NCBI GenBank assembly: GCA_964229355.1
Contig: CAXRDE010000005.1
Location: forward strand, 165,131-229,130
Source: Candidatus Sericytochromatia bacterium
GTDB taxonomy: Bacteria > Cyanobacteriota > Sericytochromatia > UBA7694
DNA: 64,000 nucleotides
Direction: 5' to 3'
Below are positions 18,886 through 28,619 of this stretch, in pieces (within the stretch, counting starts at the first letter, position 1; every line of letters begins with the position of its first letter). The position numbers were made by a program, and so were the translations under genes. The notes beneath the pieces were generated by a model. That model had not been told where the DNA came from. It did not search any database and worked only from the letters and a program-made list of their open reading frames with translations.

Positions 18886-20646
18886 TTAATCAAACAGTGG
18901 ATCGACAGTGTTGGCGTTGTAATCATCCTGAGGGGGTACCGGAATCGGTGTAGAAGCCGTTTGCGTACGCTCGACTTTGCCTGCACGGGCGGTTTCAGGC
19001 AGGGTCGGTTCTATGCCCATTTCTTCGATATCGCGAGCCAGGTTACGCTTTTGCACCCCGGCCAGGGCCGATGGTTGTTGCACGGGCTTTTGCTGTGCCT
19101 GACGGGTTGACGTCGGCTGTTGAGGCTGTGTTACCGCAGTACGACTGGGTTTAACGTAGCGCTGGGGCTGACGGCGGGTAGTCTCTTGCATCAACACCCC
19201 ATTCGATAAGCGCTGATTGGCGGAACGTTTCCAGTCTTCATCACTCAGCACCGCATGATAATGCTTCACCAAATCGGGGCCAATGAGCACCGTAAAGTCG
19301 GTGTTCAGCTCACCCACACTGGCATTCACAAACTCGCCCTTAAAGCCCAATTGCTGTTGAAGCTGAGGCAAAATCTGAGACTCTCCATTTTGCGCAATCA
19401 ATTTGGTTACCGGCGTGTCGTGAGGCGCACGGCGTACACTCACCACACTGTAACCCGCTTCCTGCAGACGGCGAGAAACTTCCCGTACCGTTTGCAAATC
19501 CTTGGTGGCATTCCAAATGGCCACGCGATACTGGCGATTGCTATTTTCACTGGCCGCTAAACCATCAGTGGAACTTTCGTTGGGGTCCGGTAAAGAGGCA
19601 AAGCTAGAATCAGGAAACATTTGGTTGATCACTTTGCGCATCTGGTAAGGGTTGGGCTCCCAATAGCTGATACCACTGATATTGGCAAAGGTACCGGGCA
19701 ACATCACCATACGCACTTTGTCACGATCGATGCCCCGGCCAAATTTTGCCAGTTTTACAATTTCGTCACTGGGCAGATCGGTTTCAATGTTTTCATTGAG
19801 GTGAGCCAGGAGCTCAGGCACTTTCAGCAGGGTTTGAGGCTGCAAAAGTTTGTCCATGACTGCGCGAATAAATTTTTGTTGACGCTGTACCCGACCAATA
19901 TCGCCCAGTTCGTCTTTACGAAAACGAATATACTGGTGCGCCTGTTCGCCATTCATGCGTTCTTTCCAGCCCTTGTGAATATTAATGCCCAAATGAGCGG
20001 TTTCATCCACATAATACATGTCTTTTTCCACATAAATACGAATGCCCCCCAAAATATCGATGGTGTTCACCAGGCCATCCACTTTCAGGGCCATATAATA
20101 ATCGATGGGCACCCCCACCAGATCCGAGACGGTGCTTTTGACCAAATCAACGCCGCCATAGGTCATGGCGGCGTTGATTTTATCGTAGTGGTGTCCCGTC
20201 AACAGGGTCCGGGTATCACGGGGAATCGAAAGAATATTGACTTCCTGCGTTGCGGGATCCAAACTGGCCAACATAATGGTGTCGGTACGGCTGCGCACAC
20301 CGGCGACTTTATCGTCCACCCGTTTACCGTAGCTATAATTGTAGTCGCTGCCTAAAATTAAAATGTTGGTACGACGCTGCAGATTACCCGCACTAAACCA
20401 ACCGGGAATGAGTTCCAGTGGGTTTAAAGCCTGCGTCGTGGTGCCCCCCCCTGAAGAGCCTTTGCTTTCAAGGGTAAAGGGATTCATGGAGAGCCGGGTA
20501 TCACCCGAAATATTAAAGGTCTGGGCCATGACCCCCACAATGCTTCCAATGGACAGGGCACCGCACACAAAGAGCGTGGCGATGAGGATGCGAAATGCTT
20601 TTTGCATTTTCTTTTCTTGCGTTGACACAAATTTAGGCTTTGACAT
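18886..20646 (-). CDS. LytR-CpsA-Psr (LCP) family protein with LytR_C domain and Gln/Pro-rich C-terminal tail
   Basis: N-terminal TM anchor. LCP core (NILILGSDYNYSYGKRVDDK...RTDTIMLASLD...NILSIPRDT). LytR_C-like segment (YRVAIWNATKDLQTVREVSRRLQEAGYSVVSV). Low-complexity Q/P tail. Confidence 0.85.
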   Translation of the reverse strand: MSKPKFVSTQEKKMQKAFRILIATLFVCGALSIGSIVGVMAQTFNISGDTRLSMNPFTLESKGSSGGGTTTQALNPLELIPGWFSAGNLQRRTNILILGSDYNYSYGKRVDDKVAGVRSRTDTIMLASLDPATQEVNILSIPRDTRTLLTGHHYDKINAAMTYGGVDLVKSTVSDLVGVPIDYYMALKVDGLVNTIDILGGIRIYVEKDMYYVDETAHLGINIHKGWKERMNGEQAHQYIRFRKDELGDIGRVQRQQKFIRAVMDKLLQPQTLLKVPELLAHLNENIETDLPSDEIVKLAKFGRGIDRDKVRMVMLPGTFANISGISYWEPNPYQMRKVINQMFPDSSFASLPDPNESSTDGLAASENSNRQYRVAIWNATKDLQTVREVSRRLQEAGYSVVSVRRAPHDTPVTKLIAQNGESQILPQLQQQLGFKGEFVNASVGELNTDFTVLIGPDLVKHYHAVLSDEDWKRSANQRLSNGVLMQETTRRQPQRYVKPSRTAVTQPQQPTSTRQAQQKPVQQPSALAGVQKRNLARDIEEMGIEPTLPETARAGKVERTQTASTPIPVPPQDDYNANTVDPLFD

Positions 20647-20731
20647 ATGCTAATTATCCCGTAAACTTCCCTCAAAGCATAGCATAATCCGCGGGTTTCA
20701 TATCAGGGGAAAGCAACGAAAAGAGAAAACG

Positions 20732-22399
20732 ATGCAACAACTTCATCTGGCCTTTATTTGGCACATGCACCAACCCATGTACCGCAAGCCCCATAGCCAT
20801 CACTATATGATGCCCTGGGTGCGCCTTCACGGCACCAAAGACTATCTGGACATGCTGCTGCTGGTGCAGAAGTACCCCCGCCTCAAGCACACCTTCAATT
20901 TTGTACCTTCCTTATTGGAGCAACTCGAAGACTATGCCGCTGGCCTGGCCACCGATGACTATCTAATCCTCAGTCAAAAGCCCGTCAAAAATCTTACCGC
21001 CCAGGATAAAGCCGATATTTTGGCTTCGTTTTTTGATCTGAACTGGCAACACATGCTATTCCCCTTTAAACGCTACAAGGCCCTGGCTGCTCAGCGCGAA
21101 GAAGCGCCTGAAAGCTATCGTGAGCAAGATTTTCTGGATCTGACCACCTGGTTTAACCTGGCCTGGATTGACCCCATTCATCGCGAACAGCGGCCCACCC
21201 TGCAGGCCCTGGTGCAAAAAGGTGAGAACTTCACCGAAGCGGAGCGCGCAGAGGTCCTTCATCAGCAGCGGCTGATTATTCAAGACACCCTACCAATTTA
21301 CCGAAAAGCCTTACAGAATCAACACATTGAACTGACCACAACCCCTTATTACCACCCCATTTTGCCCCTGTTACAAGACACCCACAACGCACGCCGCAGC
21401 AGGCCTGAATCCAGCATGCCCCAACAGCGATTGCAAGCCCCCGAAGATGTCCAGCGCCATCTTCACAAAGCGAAAAACTTTCATCACAAAACCTTTGGCC
21501 AGGTCCCTCAGGGACTTTGGCCCTCAGAGCAATCCATGAGCCCGGATATCCTGAAGACGGTGGCAGAGGAAGGCTTTACCTGGTTTGCGAGTAGCGAAGG
21601 GATTCTTTGGCACTCCCTGGGCATTTGGGGACAGCGGGAGCAAGGCCTACACCCCCATTGCGAGAAACTTTACCGTCCCTACCGCGTTCAGGCGGGAGAA
21701 CGCTGGCTGACCGTGGTCTTCCGCGACATTTATCTTTCTGACTGGTTGGGCTTTAACGCCTGGAAAGGCGACAACAAAGCACAGGCTCACATCTTTTATG
21801 AGGAGCTTAAAAAGCTACAGCGTCACTTGCAGCAAAGCCCGCAAAAACAGCCTTATTTAATCACCATTGCTTTAGATGGTGAAAACTGCTGGGAGTATTA
21901 CCAGGAAGACGGCAGAATCTTTTTAGAAACCCTTTACGAACTGCTCAATGCCGACGAGAGCATTAACAGCACCACCGTGAGTGATTATTTAAAGCAATAC
22001 CCCGCACAGGACACCCTTGATCGTCTGTTTCCAGGCTCCTGGATCAACTCAGATTTTAGCACCTGGATCGGTGAGCCCACCAAGAACAAAGCCTGGGATT
22101 TGCTGATCGAAACCCGTCAGCTTCTGACACAAGCGGAACACACGCTTAGTCCCGAAGATCGCGCCGCCGCCTGGGAAATGCTGGACACCGCTGAGGGCAG
22201 CGATTGGTTTTGGTGGTTTGGCGTGGGACACAGTAGCCGCCATGACGCCCACTTTGATCTGGCGTTTCGCACCTATCTCAAAGGGGTCTATGAGCTGCTC
22301 AAGCAAGAAGTGCCGTTGAGTTTGCGCTGCCCCTTAGAGTCTCATGAAGGCAGTGCCCATGGTTTAAGCACCATGCAAGCCTCTCAAGAAGGTTATTAA
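20732..22399 (+). CDS. Glycoside hydrolase family 57 alpha-glucan-active enzyme
   Basis: LAFIWHMHQPMYRK...WVRLHGTKDYLDM (GH57 HQP motif region), IALDGENCWEYY (catalytic Glu region), WFWWFG. Confidence 0.8.
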   Translation: MQQLHLAFIWHMHQPMYRKPHSHHYMMPWVRLHGTKDYLDMLLLVQKYPRLKHTFNFVPSLLEQLEDYAAGLATDDYLILSQKPVKNLTAQDKADILASFFDLNWQHMLFPFKRYKALAAQREEAPESYREQDFLDLTTWFNLAWIDPIHREQRPTLQALVQKGENFTEAERAEVLHQQRLIIQDTLPIYRKALQNQHIELTTTPYYHPILPLLQDTHNARRSRPESSMPQQRLQAPEDVQRHLHKAKNFHHKTFGQVPQGLWPSEQSMSPDILKTVAEEGFTWFASSEGILWHSLGIWGQREQGLHPHCEKLYRPYRVQAGERWLTVVFRDIYLSDWLGFNAWKGDNKAQAHIFYEELKKLQRHLQQSPQKQPYLITIALDGENCWEYYQEDGRIFLETLYELLNADESINSTTVSDYLKQYPAQDTLDRLFPGSWINSDFSTWIGEPTKNKAWDLLIETRQLLTQAEHTLSPEDRAAAWEMLDTAEGSDWFWWFGVGHSSRHDAHFDLAFRTYLKGVYELLKQEVPLSLRCPLESHEGSAHGLSTMQASQEGY

Positions 22400-22403
22400 G
22401 CCA

Positions 22404-22443
22404 AAAAGAAGCCCCTGCGTGAGTACAGGGGCTTCTTTTTTTC
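22404..22443. terminator. Bidirectional rho-independent terminator between the GH57 gene (+) and rpsT (-)
   Basis: aaaaagaagcccctg-cgtgagta-caggggcttcttttttt: 10-bp perfect stem flanked by A-run and T-run. Confidence 0.65.
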
Positions 22444-22464
22444 TAGCGAGATGAAACTTAGCGC

Positions 22465-22731
22465 TTAGTTAGCAGCGGTCGTATTCACTTTCGCCATCAA
22501 ACGGCTTTTGTAACGGGCGACTGTGTTTTTGTGCAGTACGCCTTTAGACTGGGCTTTGTCTAATTGGCTGATGGCCAATTTAGCCAGATCTTCTACATTT
22601 TCACCACCGGCTTCAGCAGCACGGAGGGTTTTTTTCATGGCGGTGCGCACGCGAGACTTAACCAGCATGTTGCGCAGGCGGTTGCGCTCAGCAACCTGGA
22701 TACGTTTTTTGGCGGATTTATAATTAGCCAT
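22465..22731 (-). CDS. rpsT: 30S ribosomal protein S20
   Basis: MANYKSAKKRIQVAERNRLRNMLVKSRVRTAMKK..., 88 aa, canonical S20. Confidence 0.95.
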   Translation of the reverse strand: MANYKSAKKRIQVAERNRLRNMLVKSRVRTAMKKTLRAAEAGGENVEDLAKLAISQLDKAQSKGVLHKNTVARYKSRLMAKVNTTAAN

Positions 22732-22929
22732 TGGTTTAATAACCTCTATAATGTCTTTTGTTAGTTTGCGTAATTTAAAGTTCAGTCTTTAAAAGTTAAA
22801 CGAGGATTTAGGGCGGACTAACGCAACCTTATTTTAACACAAGTCTATCACGAAGGGAAACGGATCATCACACATCTTTTCTGGTCAGCCCCATCACTTC
22901 AACCCCTGAGCGTCTTTTGGATAAAAACA

Positions 22930-23379
22930 ATGGCCGCCATGCACATCCCCTGTCGTTACCTTCTACCCGATAAAAACCAGTGGCCCCACCAGCTAAGCTT
23001 TCAAGAATCACCTATTCCCCTGGCTCTTTATGGACAGGCCGATCCCCCCACTTATGAAGATCTGATGTTTCTCTTTGATCAGATCACCCGACTTGCCCCC
23101 CAGAGTTTAAACCTTCACATCAAAGGTCAACGCTCAGATGATCCAGATCTCTTTTTTTACCATTACCTGTCCCGCTACCTGGACATTCCTTTCACCCTTT
23201 TTGACGTTTTTTTTCACGCCCAGCCTCCCGTATTAACCCCGGAGTCCACCCATGTTCCCGGTAACGCCACCTCAGAAAAACCCGAAAAATTCAGACATTT
23301 TCGCCTGTATTTAGAAAAAAACCGTTCACCACCTCAAGGTCAGGTAAAGCCATGGATAAGAGAACTTTACCTCTCCTGA
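22930..23379 (+). CDS. Hypothetical protein (149 aa), weakly supported
   Basis: ORF only. No motif and no obvious RBS inspected. Lies in an otherwise empty region upstream of the tRNA-Lys/Glu pair. Confidence 0.25.
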   Translation: MAAMHIPCRYLLPDKNQWPHQLSFQESPIPLALYGQADPPTYEDLMFLFDQITRLAPQSLNLHIKGQRSDDPDLFFYHYLSRYLDIPFTLFDVFFHAQPPVLTPESTHVPGNATSEKPEKFRHFRLYLEKNRSPPQGQVKPWIRELYLS

Positions 23380-23422
23380 ATTTTTTTTCGCAAGAAAAAC
23401 GAAAAAAGTGCATTGTATTATG

Positions 23423-23451
23423 TTGCCACTCCAGGGGGGCTAAGCTATACT
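23423..23451 (+). promoter_or_regulatory. Candidate sigma70-type promoter for the tRNA-Lys/tRNA-Glu operon
   Basis: TTGCCA, 17 nt, TATACT, ending ~60 nt upstream of tRNA-Lys. Confidence 0.35.
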
Positions 23452-23511
23452 AAGGAATGTCTGAAGCACGCGATTCGAAACTGATTCAAAATCGTCTGTT
23501 TTAACAAGTGA

Positions 23512-23587
23512 GAGCCGTTAGCTCAGTTGGTAGAGCATCTGACTTTTAATCAGACGGTCCCGCGTTCGAGTCGCGGACGGCTCACCA
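23512..23587 (+). tRNA. tRNA-Lys (anticodon UUU)
   Basis: GAGCCGTTAGCTCAGTTGGTAGAGCATCTGACTTTTAATCAGACGGTCCCGCGTTCGAGTCGCGGACGGCTCACCA: full cloverleaf, anticodon loop CT-TTT-AA, encoded CCA. Confidence 0.9.
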
Positions 23588-23590
23588 TTT

Positions 23591-23665
23591 GCCCCGTTCG
23601 TCTAGAGGCCTAGGACACCGCCCTTTCACGGCGGCGACAGGGGTTCGACTCCCCTACGGGGTACC
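23591..23665 (+). tRNA. tRNA-Glu (anticodon UUC)
   Basis: GCCCCGTTCGTCTAGAGGCCTAGGACACCGCCCTTTCACGGCGGCGACAGGGGTTCGACTCCCCTACGGGGTACC. Near-identical architecture to E. coli tRNA-Glu. Anticodon loop CT-TTC-AC. Confidence 0.9.
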
Positions 23666-23672
23666 TATAGAA

Positions 23673-23703
23673 AAAGCCACCTTTAACCGGGTGGCTTTTT
23701 TCA
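23673..23703 (+). terminator. Rho-independent terminator after the tRNA-Lys/Glu pair
   Basis: aaaaagccacc-tttaacc-gggtggctttttttc: stem plus T-run. Confidence 0.6.
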
Positions 23704-23818
23704 TGGAAAAATTATGCAGCAAAACACGCTAAACCCAGAGAAAGCACGCCCAGAAGCCGCTTTTATTTCGTTTTTTTTGCTATGATAACTTCAAACACCT
23801 TCAGGGAGTAATCGCACT

Positions 23819-25072
23819 GTGAACGCATCAGATATCAGCAACCTTGACGCAGCACCCATGGGCCTTAAAAAAATCGCCTGGGCCCAGCAACAAATGCCCG
23901 TTTTGCGCCAGCTTCAAGAGCAAGTCAGCCAGGAGCAACCCCTGAAAGGCCTGCGGGTGGGTGCAAGTCTTCATATCACCTCTGAAACCGCTCACCTGGC
24001 ACAGGTTCTCAAGGCCGCTGGCGCAGAGGTGGCGCTGTGCGCCTGCAACCCCCTGAGCACACAGGATGAAGTCGCTGCCGCCCTGGTGACCCAGGACGTT
24101 CAGGTGTTTGCTCGCCGGGGTGAAGACAATGCCACTTATTACCGTCATATTGACGCTGTCTTAGACACCGCTCCCCATATCTTGTTAGACAACGGTGCCG
24201 ATTTAATCACCGAAATGCACAAACAACGCAAAGATCTGGTACCTGAAGTCATTGGCGCCACCGAAGAAACCACCACAGGCATTGCGCGCTTAAACAGCAT
24301 GGCCCGCAGCAATTTACTTCAATTTCCCGTGATTTCTGTCAACAATGCCAAAAGCAAATACCTGTTCGACAACCGCTACGGTACTGGCCAGTCGACCTTA
24401 GATGCCATTATGCGTTCCACCAATGCACTGATGGCCGGAAAAAACATCGTGGTCGCCGGTTATGGCTGGTGTGGCAAGGGCATTGCCGCCCGGGCCCGTG
24501 GCCTGGGGGCCATTGTTACAGTTGTGGAAATTAACCCCATGCAGGCCCTCGAAGCCGCCATGGACGGATTTCACGTGACCCCCATGGAAAAGGCCGCCAC
24601 CTTTGGCGAGATTTTCATTACCGCCACAGGAGACATTAACGTCATTCGGGCAGAGCACTTCGAAAAAATGAAGCCGGGTGCTGTCTTGTGCAACGCTGGC
24701 CATTTTAACTCAGAAATCGAAGTGCCCGCTTTAGAGTCTCTGGCCAAAGACAAACAAGAAATGCGCCCCTATTTGTGGCGCTACGACCTGGGGGATAAAG
24801 ACGTACTCCTGCTCGCAGAAGGCCGTCTGGTCAACCTGACCTGTGGCGAGGGGCACCCTGCCGCCGTGATGGACATGAGCTTTGCCAACCAGGTGCTCAG
24901 CGTCTTACACCTGGCCCGCTTTCACCGCAGTCTTGGGCAACGGGTATATCCCGTACCCCAGGACATTGATGAACGGGTGGCCCTTTTAAAACTACAGGCC
25001 ATGGGTATTGAGCTCGGCAAACGCACCCAGGAACAAGAGAATTACCAGATGAGCTGGGAAAGCGGCACCTAA
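23819..25072 (+). CDS. ahcY: Adenosylhomocysteinase (S-adenosyl-L-homocysteine hydrolase), short (~417 aa) form
   Basis: GTG start with AGGGAG RBS. NAD-binding GYGWCGKGIAARARGLGAIVTVVEINP, HFNSEIEV, catalytic-domain motifs throughout. Confidence 0.95.
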   Translation: MNASDISNLDAAPMGLKKIAWAQQQMPVLRQLQEQVSQEQPLKGLRVGASLHITSETAHLAQVLKAAGAEVALCACNPLSTQDEVAAALVTQDVQVFARRGEDNATYYRHIDAVLDTAPHILLDNGADLITEMHKQRKDLVPEVIGATEETTTGIARLNSMARSNLLQFPVISVNNAKSKYLFDNRYGTGQSTLDAIMRSTNALMAGKNIVVAGYGWCGKGIAARARGLGAIVTVVEINPMQALEAAMDGFHVTPMEKAATFGEIFITATGDINVIRAEHFEKMKPGAVLCNAGHFNSEIEVPALESLAKDKQEMRPYLWRYDLGDKDVLLLAEGRLVNLTCGEGHPAAVMDMSFANQVLSVLHLARFHRSLGQRVYPVPQDIDERVALLKLQAMGIELGKRTQEQENYQMSWESGT

Positions 25073-25087
25073 ATCATCAGCGCAGGC

Positions 25088-25933
25088 TTAACCTGCGCTG
25101 GTATTCTCGGTATCAAACTCTTCAAAGTTGATCTGATCCAGATTAATCACGCTTTCGTCATGACGGGATTGAATAAAATCGGCTTCGTAGGGATAACTGA
25201 TTTTAGAGTGGTAACGTTGAAAACGAAAATCGCGTCCCAGATAATAACGACGAGCCAAATCATTCTCAGCGACAGCCTCGGAAGGCGCGCTTACAATCAC
25301 GTTACCGCGGGTCATAATATAGGCCCAGTCCGTAATCCCCAGGGTTTCTTGCACGTTGTGGTCGGTAATTAAAATACCAATGCCCCGCTTTTGCAGATGC
25401 ACAATCATTTCTTTGATCCCGGCCACCGCAATGGGGTCGATACCGCTAAAGGGCTCGTCTAATAAGAGGTACTCGGGGTTGGTTGCCACAGCGCGGGCAA
25501 TTTCCACACGGCGCCGTTCTCCCCCGGAGAGCTGATCGCCACGAGACTTTCGCACGTGGTTTAAGCGAAACTCCTCTAAAAGATCGTCTAAACGGGTTTT
25601 TTGCTCTTTGCGAGGGACCCCCAACAATTGCCAGACCGCACGAATATTATCTTCGACACTCAACTTACGAAACACAGAAGCTTCCTGGGGCAAATAGCTA
25701 ATACCCAGGCGCGCGCGTTTGTGCATGGGCAATTTTGAAATACGGCGCTGATCAAAGAACACGTCGCCTTTTTCGGGCACCACAAGCCCCACCACCATAT
25801 AAAAGGTAGTGGTTTTACCTGCGCCGTTAGGGCCCAGTAAGCCCACCACTTCGCCACGTCCCACTTGCAAGTTGACGCCATTCACCACCCGGCGACGGCG
25901 ATAGGTTTTTATCAAACCAGAGGTTCGGATCAT
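25088..25933 (-). CDS. lptB: LPS export ABC transporter ATP-binding protein LptB (with ~45-aa C-terminal extension)
   Basis: Near-canonical LptB sequence (GLLGPNGAGKTTTFYMVVGLV, LSGGERRRVEIARA, LLLDEPFSGIDP, ILITDHNVQETL), then an extra acidic tail. Confidence 0.8.
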   Translation of the reverse strand: MIRTSGLIKTYRRRRVVNGVNLQVGRGEVVGLLGPNGAGKTTTFYMVVGLVVPEKGDVFFDQRRISKLPMHKRARLGISYLPQEASVFRKLSVEDNIRAVWQLLGVPRKEQKTRLDDLLEEFRLNHVRKSRGDQLSGGERRRVEIARAVATNPEYLLLDEPFSGIDPIAVAGIKEMIVHLQKRGIGILITDHNVQETLGITDWAYIMTRGNVIVSAPSEAVAENDLARRYYLGRDFRFQRYHSKISYPYEADFIQSRHDESVINLDQINFEEFDTENTSAG

Positions 25934-27069
25934 AGTAGTTCCTGAGCTGTACTCATCATGCGTTTTTCGCTGGTGGGGTCAAAAAGATGCACATGGGAGG
26001 TGTTAAACCAGACGGTAATTTGGGTATTGCCTTTTAAATGCATCACCTTAATCGTGTCGGCTTCTGAAATCACGTTCTGCCCGCCGATAGTCATATGCAC
26101 AAAGGTGCGAGAGCCGGAAGGCTCCACCACATCTACCATCGCATCCAGCGGCTGCCAGTTTCCTTTCTGGGCACGGGTATCTTCTTCCACCAGCGCAATA
26201 GACTCAGGACGCACGCCCAGAATCATGTCCTGGCCTTTGAAGCCATCCATCTCTTGAGCCCCGGCAGGACGTTTTAAAGTCAACGAGAGGTTTTGCCCCG
26301 ACACCTTGACCTGCTCAGCGTCTAACTCAGTGATATTCACGGGGATAAAGTTCATGGCAGGACTTCCAATGAAGCCAGCCACAAAGAGATTGGCGGGAAA
26401 CTCATAGGCCACGGCAGGGGTGGCCAATTGTTGGATAATACCGTCTTTCATGACCGCCATACGATCGCCCATGGTCATGGCTTCTACCTGATCGTGGGTC
26501 ACATAGACCGTGGTAATGCCCAGTTTTTTTTGCAAGCGTTTAATTTCCGTACGGGTTTGCATCCGCAATTTGGCATCCAGGTTAGACAGAGGCTCATCCA
26601 TCAAAAAGACCTGGGCATCGCGCACAATGGCACGCCCCAGCGCCACCCGTTGCCGTTGTCCCCCCGATAACTCTTTGGGTTTACGGTGCAAGTAAGGTTT
26701 AATATCCAGCATTTCTGCGGCTTCTTCGACTTTTTGTTTGATCTGCGCTTTGGGCATTTTGCGCAGCTTTAAACCAAAAGCAATATTATCATACACGGTC
26801 ATATGTGGATACAAGGCATAGTTTTGAAACACCATGGCAATATCTCGTCCCTTGGGAGGCACATCGGTCACATCATGATCCCCAATCAAAATTTGCCCTT
26901 CAGTGGCGGTTTCTAAACCGGCGATTAGACGTAGCGTGGTGGATTTACCGCAACCACTACCGCCCACCAGCACCAAAAACTCACCGTCTTTAATATGTAA
27001 CGAGAGGTTCTTAATCACCTCTGTATTGCCAAAACGCTTAATAATATTCGTGAGTTTCACTTCGCCCAT
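25930..27069 (-). CDS. ABC transporter ATP-binding protein, MalK/UgpC-like with C-terminal TOBE domain
   Basis: Walker A (GGSGCGKST), signature (LSGGQRQRVALGRA), Walker B (FLMDEPLSNLD), ~130-aa C-terminal regulatory domain. Start overlaps lptB by 4 nt. Confidence 0.8.
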   Translation of the reverse strand: MGEVKLTNIIKRFGNTEVIKNLSLHIKDGEFLVLVGGSGCGKSTTLRLIAGLETATEGQILIGDHDVTDVPPKGRDIAMVFQNYALYPHMTVYDNIAFGLKLRKMPKAQIKQKVEEAAEMLDIKPYLHRKPKELSGGQRQRVALGRAIVRDAQVFLMDEPLSNLDAKLRMQTRTEIKRLQKKLGITTVYVTHDQVEAMTMGDRMAVMKDGIIQQLATPAVAYEFPANLFVAGFIGSPAMNFIPVNITELDAEQVKVSGQNLSLTLKRPAGAQEMDGFKGQDMILGVRPESIALVEEDTRAQKGNWQPLDAMVDVVEPSGSRTFVHMTIGGQNVISEADTIKVMHLKGNTQITVWFNTSHVHLFDPTSEKRMMSTAQELL

Positions 27070-27086
27070 GGTGTGTTCATCCTTTA

Positions 27087-28103
27087 CTATTTGCCTGCAT
27101 GAATCCGTCGAATCGCAGCCAGATGCTCAGGATAAGTGGCAGAAAACGTGTGGGACCCGTCTCCTCTGGCTACAAAATAGAGATAAGGGGTTTCTTTGGG
27201 GTAAAGCACCGCTTGAATCGCTGCTTTGCCTGGATTGCCAATGGGAGTTGGCATGAGCCCTTTATATCTGTAGGTATTATACGGTGAATCGATTTTTATG
27301 TCTTCTAAGGACAAACCCTTTTCATCCTGGTGCCATCCCAGCGCGTACTCGGTGGTGGGATCCGACTGTAAAGGCATGCCAATACGCAGCCGGTGCAAAA
27401 AGACCCCGGCAATAATGGGGAGCTCACGGTCTAAAAGCCCCTCCAGCTCCACCACTGAAGCCAGCTTAATCGTATCATTCAAATTCAAAGGGTGCCCTGC
27501 AGGGCGTTGCTCCCAGAGAGGCATAACCACCTGAGCAAAGCGCTGTAATTGAGCCTCAATCAGTTCTTCTTCAGAGCCACCCAAATGATAAGTATCCGGG
27601 AACAGATACCCTTCAAGCCGCTGTTCTGCAGAGGTGCCTTTTAAAAAAGGAAAGCGCTCAAAAAGCGTGGCCTCTGGCTGATTGGCCAAATTAATGTAAC
27701 GCTGTGAAGACAGATTGTATTGATCAAGATTTTTCGCCGCCTGCTCCACACGGTAGCCTTCGGGAATGGTATAGGGAATTTGTGTGGTTTTACCCATCGC
27801 AATTTTTTCGAGGACGGCGCTGGCTGACTGTTCTTTGTCAAAGCGGTAGTAGCCGGTTTTAAGCTGATTATGCCATTGGCGCAAACGGGCATAAAGCCGT
27901 GCGGCCTGGGCATTCCGAATAACGCCCTGGGCTTCAAGATCGGCGACCACTTGCCCCAGACCGGTGCCTGGGCGAATCAAATAAACCGCCGCTTTACTTT
28001 CCAAAGGAGGTGCCAATTGAAAGTAGAAATAGGCACCTGCTGCCCCAAGAGCCATTATGGCCAGGCCAACAAAGAGCGCAAATGCTCGAAACAACTTGTT
28101 CAT
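27087..28103 (-). CDS. mltG: Endolytic murein transglycosylase MltG (YceG family)
   Basis: N-terminal TM anchor, YceG-like domain with LYFVARGDGSHTFSATYPEH and PIIAGVFLHRLRIGMPLQSDPT motifs. Confidence 0.85.
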   Translation of the reverse strand: MNKLFRAFALFVGLAIMALGAAGAYFYFQLAPPLESKAAVYLIRPGTGLGQVVADLEAQGVIRNAQAARLYARLRQWHNQLKTGYYRFDKEQSASAVLEKIAMGKTTQIPYTIPEGYRVEQAAKNLDQYNLSSQRYINLANQPEATLFERFPFLKGTSAEQRLEGYLFPDTYHLGGSEEELIEAQLQRFAQVVMPLWEQRPAGHPLNLNDTIKLASVVELEGLLDRELPIIAGVFLHRLRIGMPLQSDPTTEYALGWHQDEKGLSLEDIKIDSPYNTYRYKGLMPTPIGNPGKAAIQAVLYPKETPYLYFVARGDGSHTFSATYPEHLAAIRRIHAGK

Positions 28104-28109
28104 AAGGGT

Positions 28110-28619
28110 TTAGTCGAGATAAAAAGCAGTAACCATTTTATTCTGTTCATGGGCGTATTGAATGGTTTGCTTAAGGGTTAAACTGGTGTGATACAAAAAA
28201 GCCACCAGTTGCTGACATTGACCGATAATTTCAGAATAACAGAGTTCAGACGCCTGAGATAGGGTCATATTTACCCGTTCAGGGTGTTCATGCACGGTTT
28301 TTAAGGTCACCAATTGCTCGCGACTCTCATCGGGTTGCTCTTCAATGGTTTGGGGCAAAATAACGGTTAAGCGATCCGGATTTGCACGTTGTACACCTTT
28401 GATCACTGCAAAGTTTGTTCCGGGTGCACCACTGGTAATAATCTGGTGTCCTTCTAAAGCCAGCGCGTAAGCCAGGGTTTCAATAAACTGTTGGTGCGCA
28501 AAGGAGACGTGGCGACTGCCAATCAGTGCAATTTTTTTGGTGCCCTGTCCCTGAATAAGCTGAAGTTCTTCTAAATAGGTGTCTACTTTGTTTTCTGTGA
28601 GAGTCTTAGAGTCAGACAT
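28110..28619 (-). CDS. DprA/Smf-like Rossmann-fold (SLOG) domain protein, 169 aa
   Basis: KIALIGSRHVSFAHQQFIETLAYALALEGHQIITSGAPGTNFAVIKG...TVILPQ resembles the DprA Rossmann core (IAIVGSR...VSGLARGID...TIAVL). Lacks the DprA SAM and winged-helix domains. Confidence 0.4.
   Translation of the reverse strand: MSDSKTLTENKVDTYLEELQLIQGQGTKKIALIGSRHVSFAHQQFIETLAYALALEGHQIITSGAPGTNFAVIKGVQRANPDRLTVILPQTIEEQPDESREQLVTLKTVHEHPERVNMTLSQASELCYSEIIGQCQQLVAFLYHTSLTLKQTIQYAHEQNKMVTAFYLD

Noticed and set aside
23700-23818. Possible SAH riboswitch in the leader of ahcY
   Set aside because: The conserved SAH-element cores (GCCGAGG...AGGCUCGG pairing and the CAAC/GGC junction) are not present. The leader is A/T-rich and unstructured, with only an AGGGAG RBS.
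25079-25101. Hairpin cagcgcagg-cttaa-cctgcgctg between ahcY and lptB as an intrinsic terminator
   Set aside because: There is no flanking T-run on either strand, and it lies inside the predicted lptB C-terminal extension. Treated as coding or structural but not a confident terminator.
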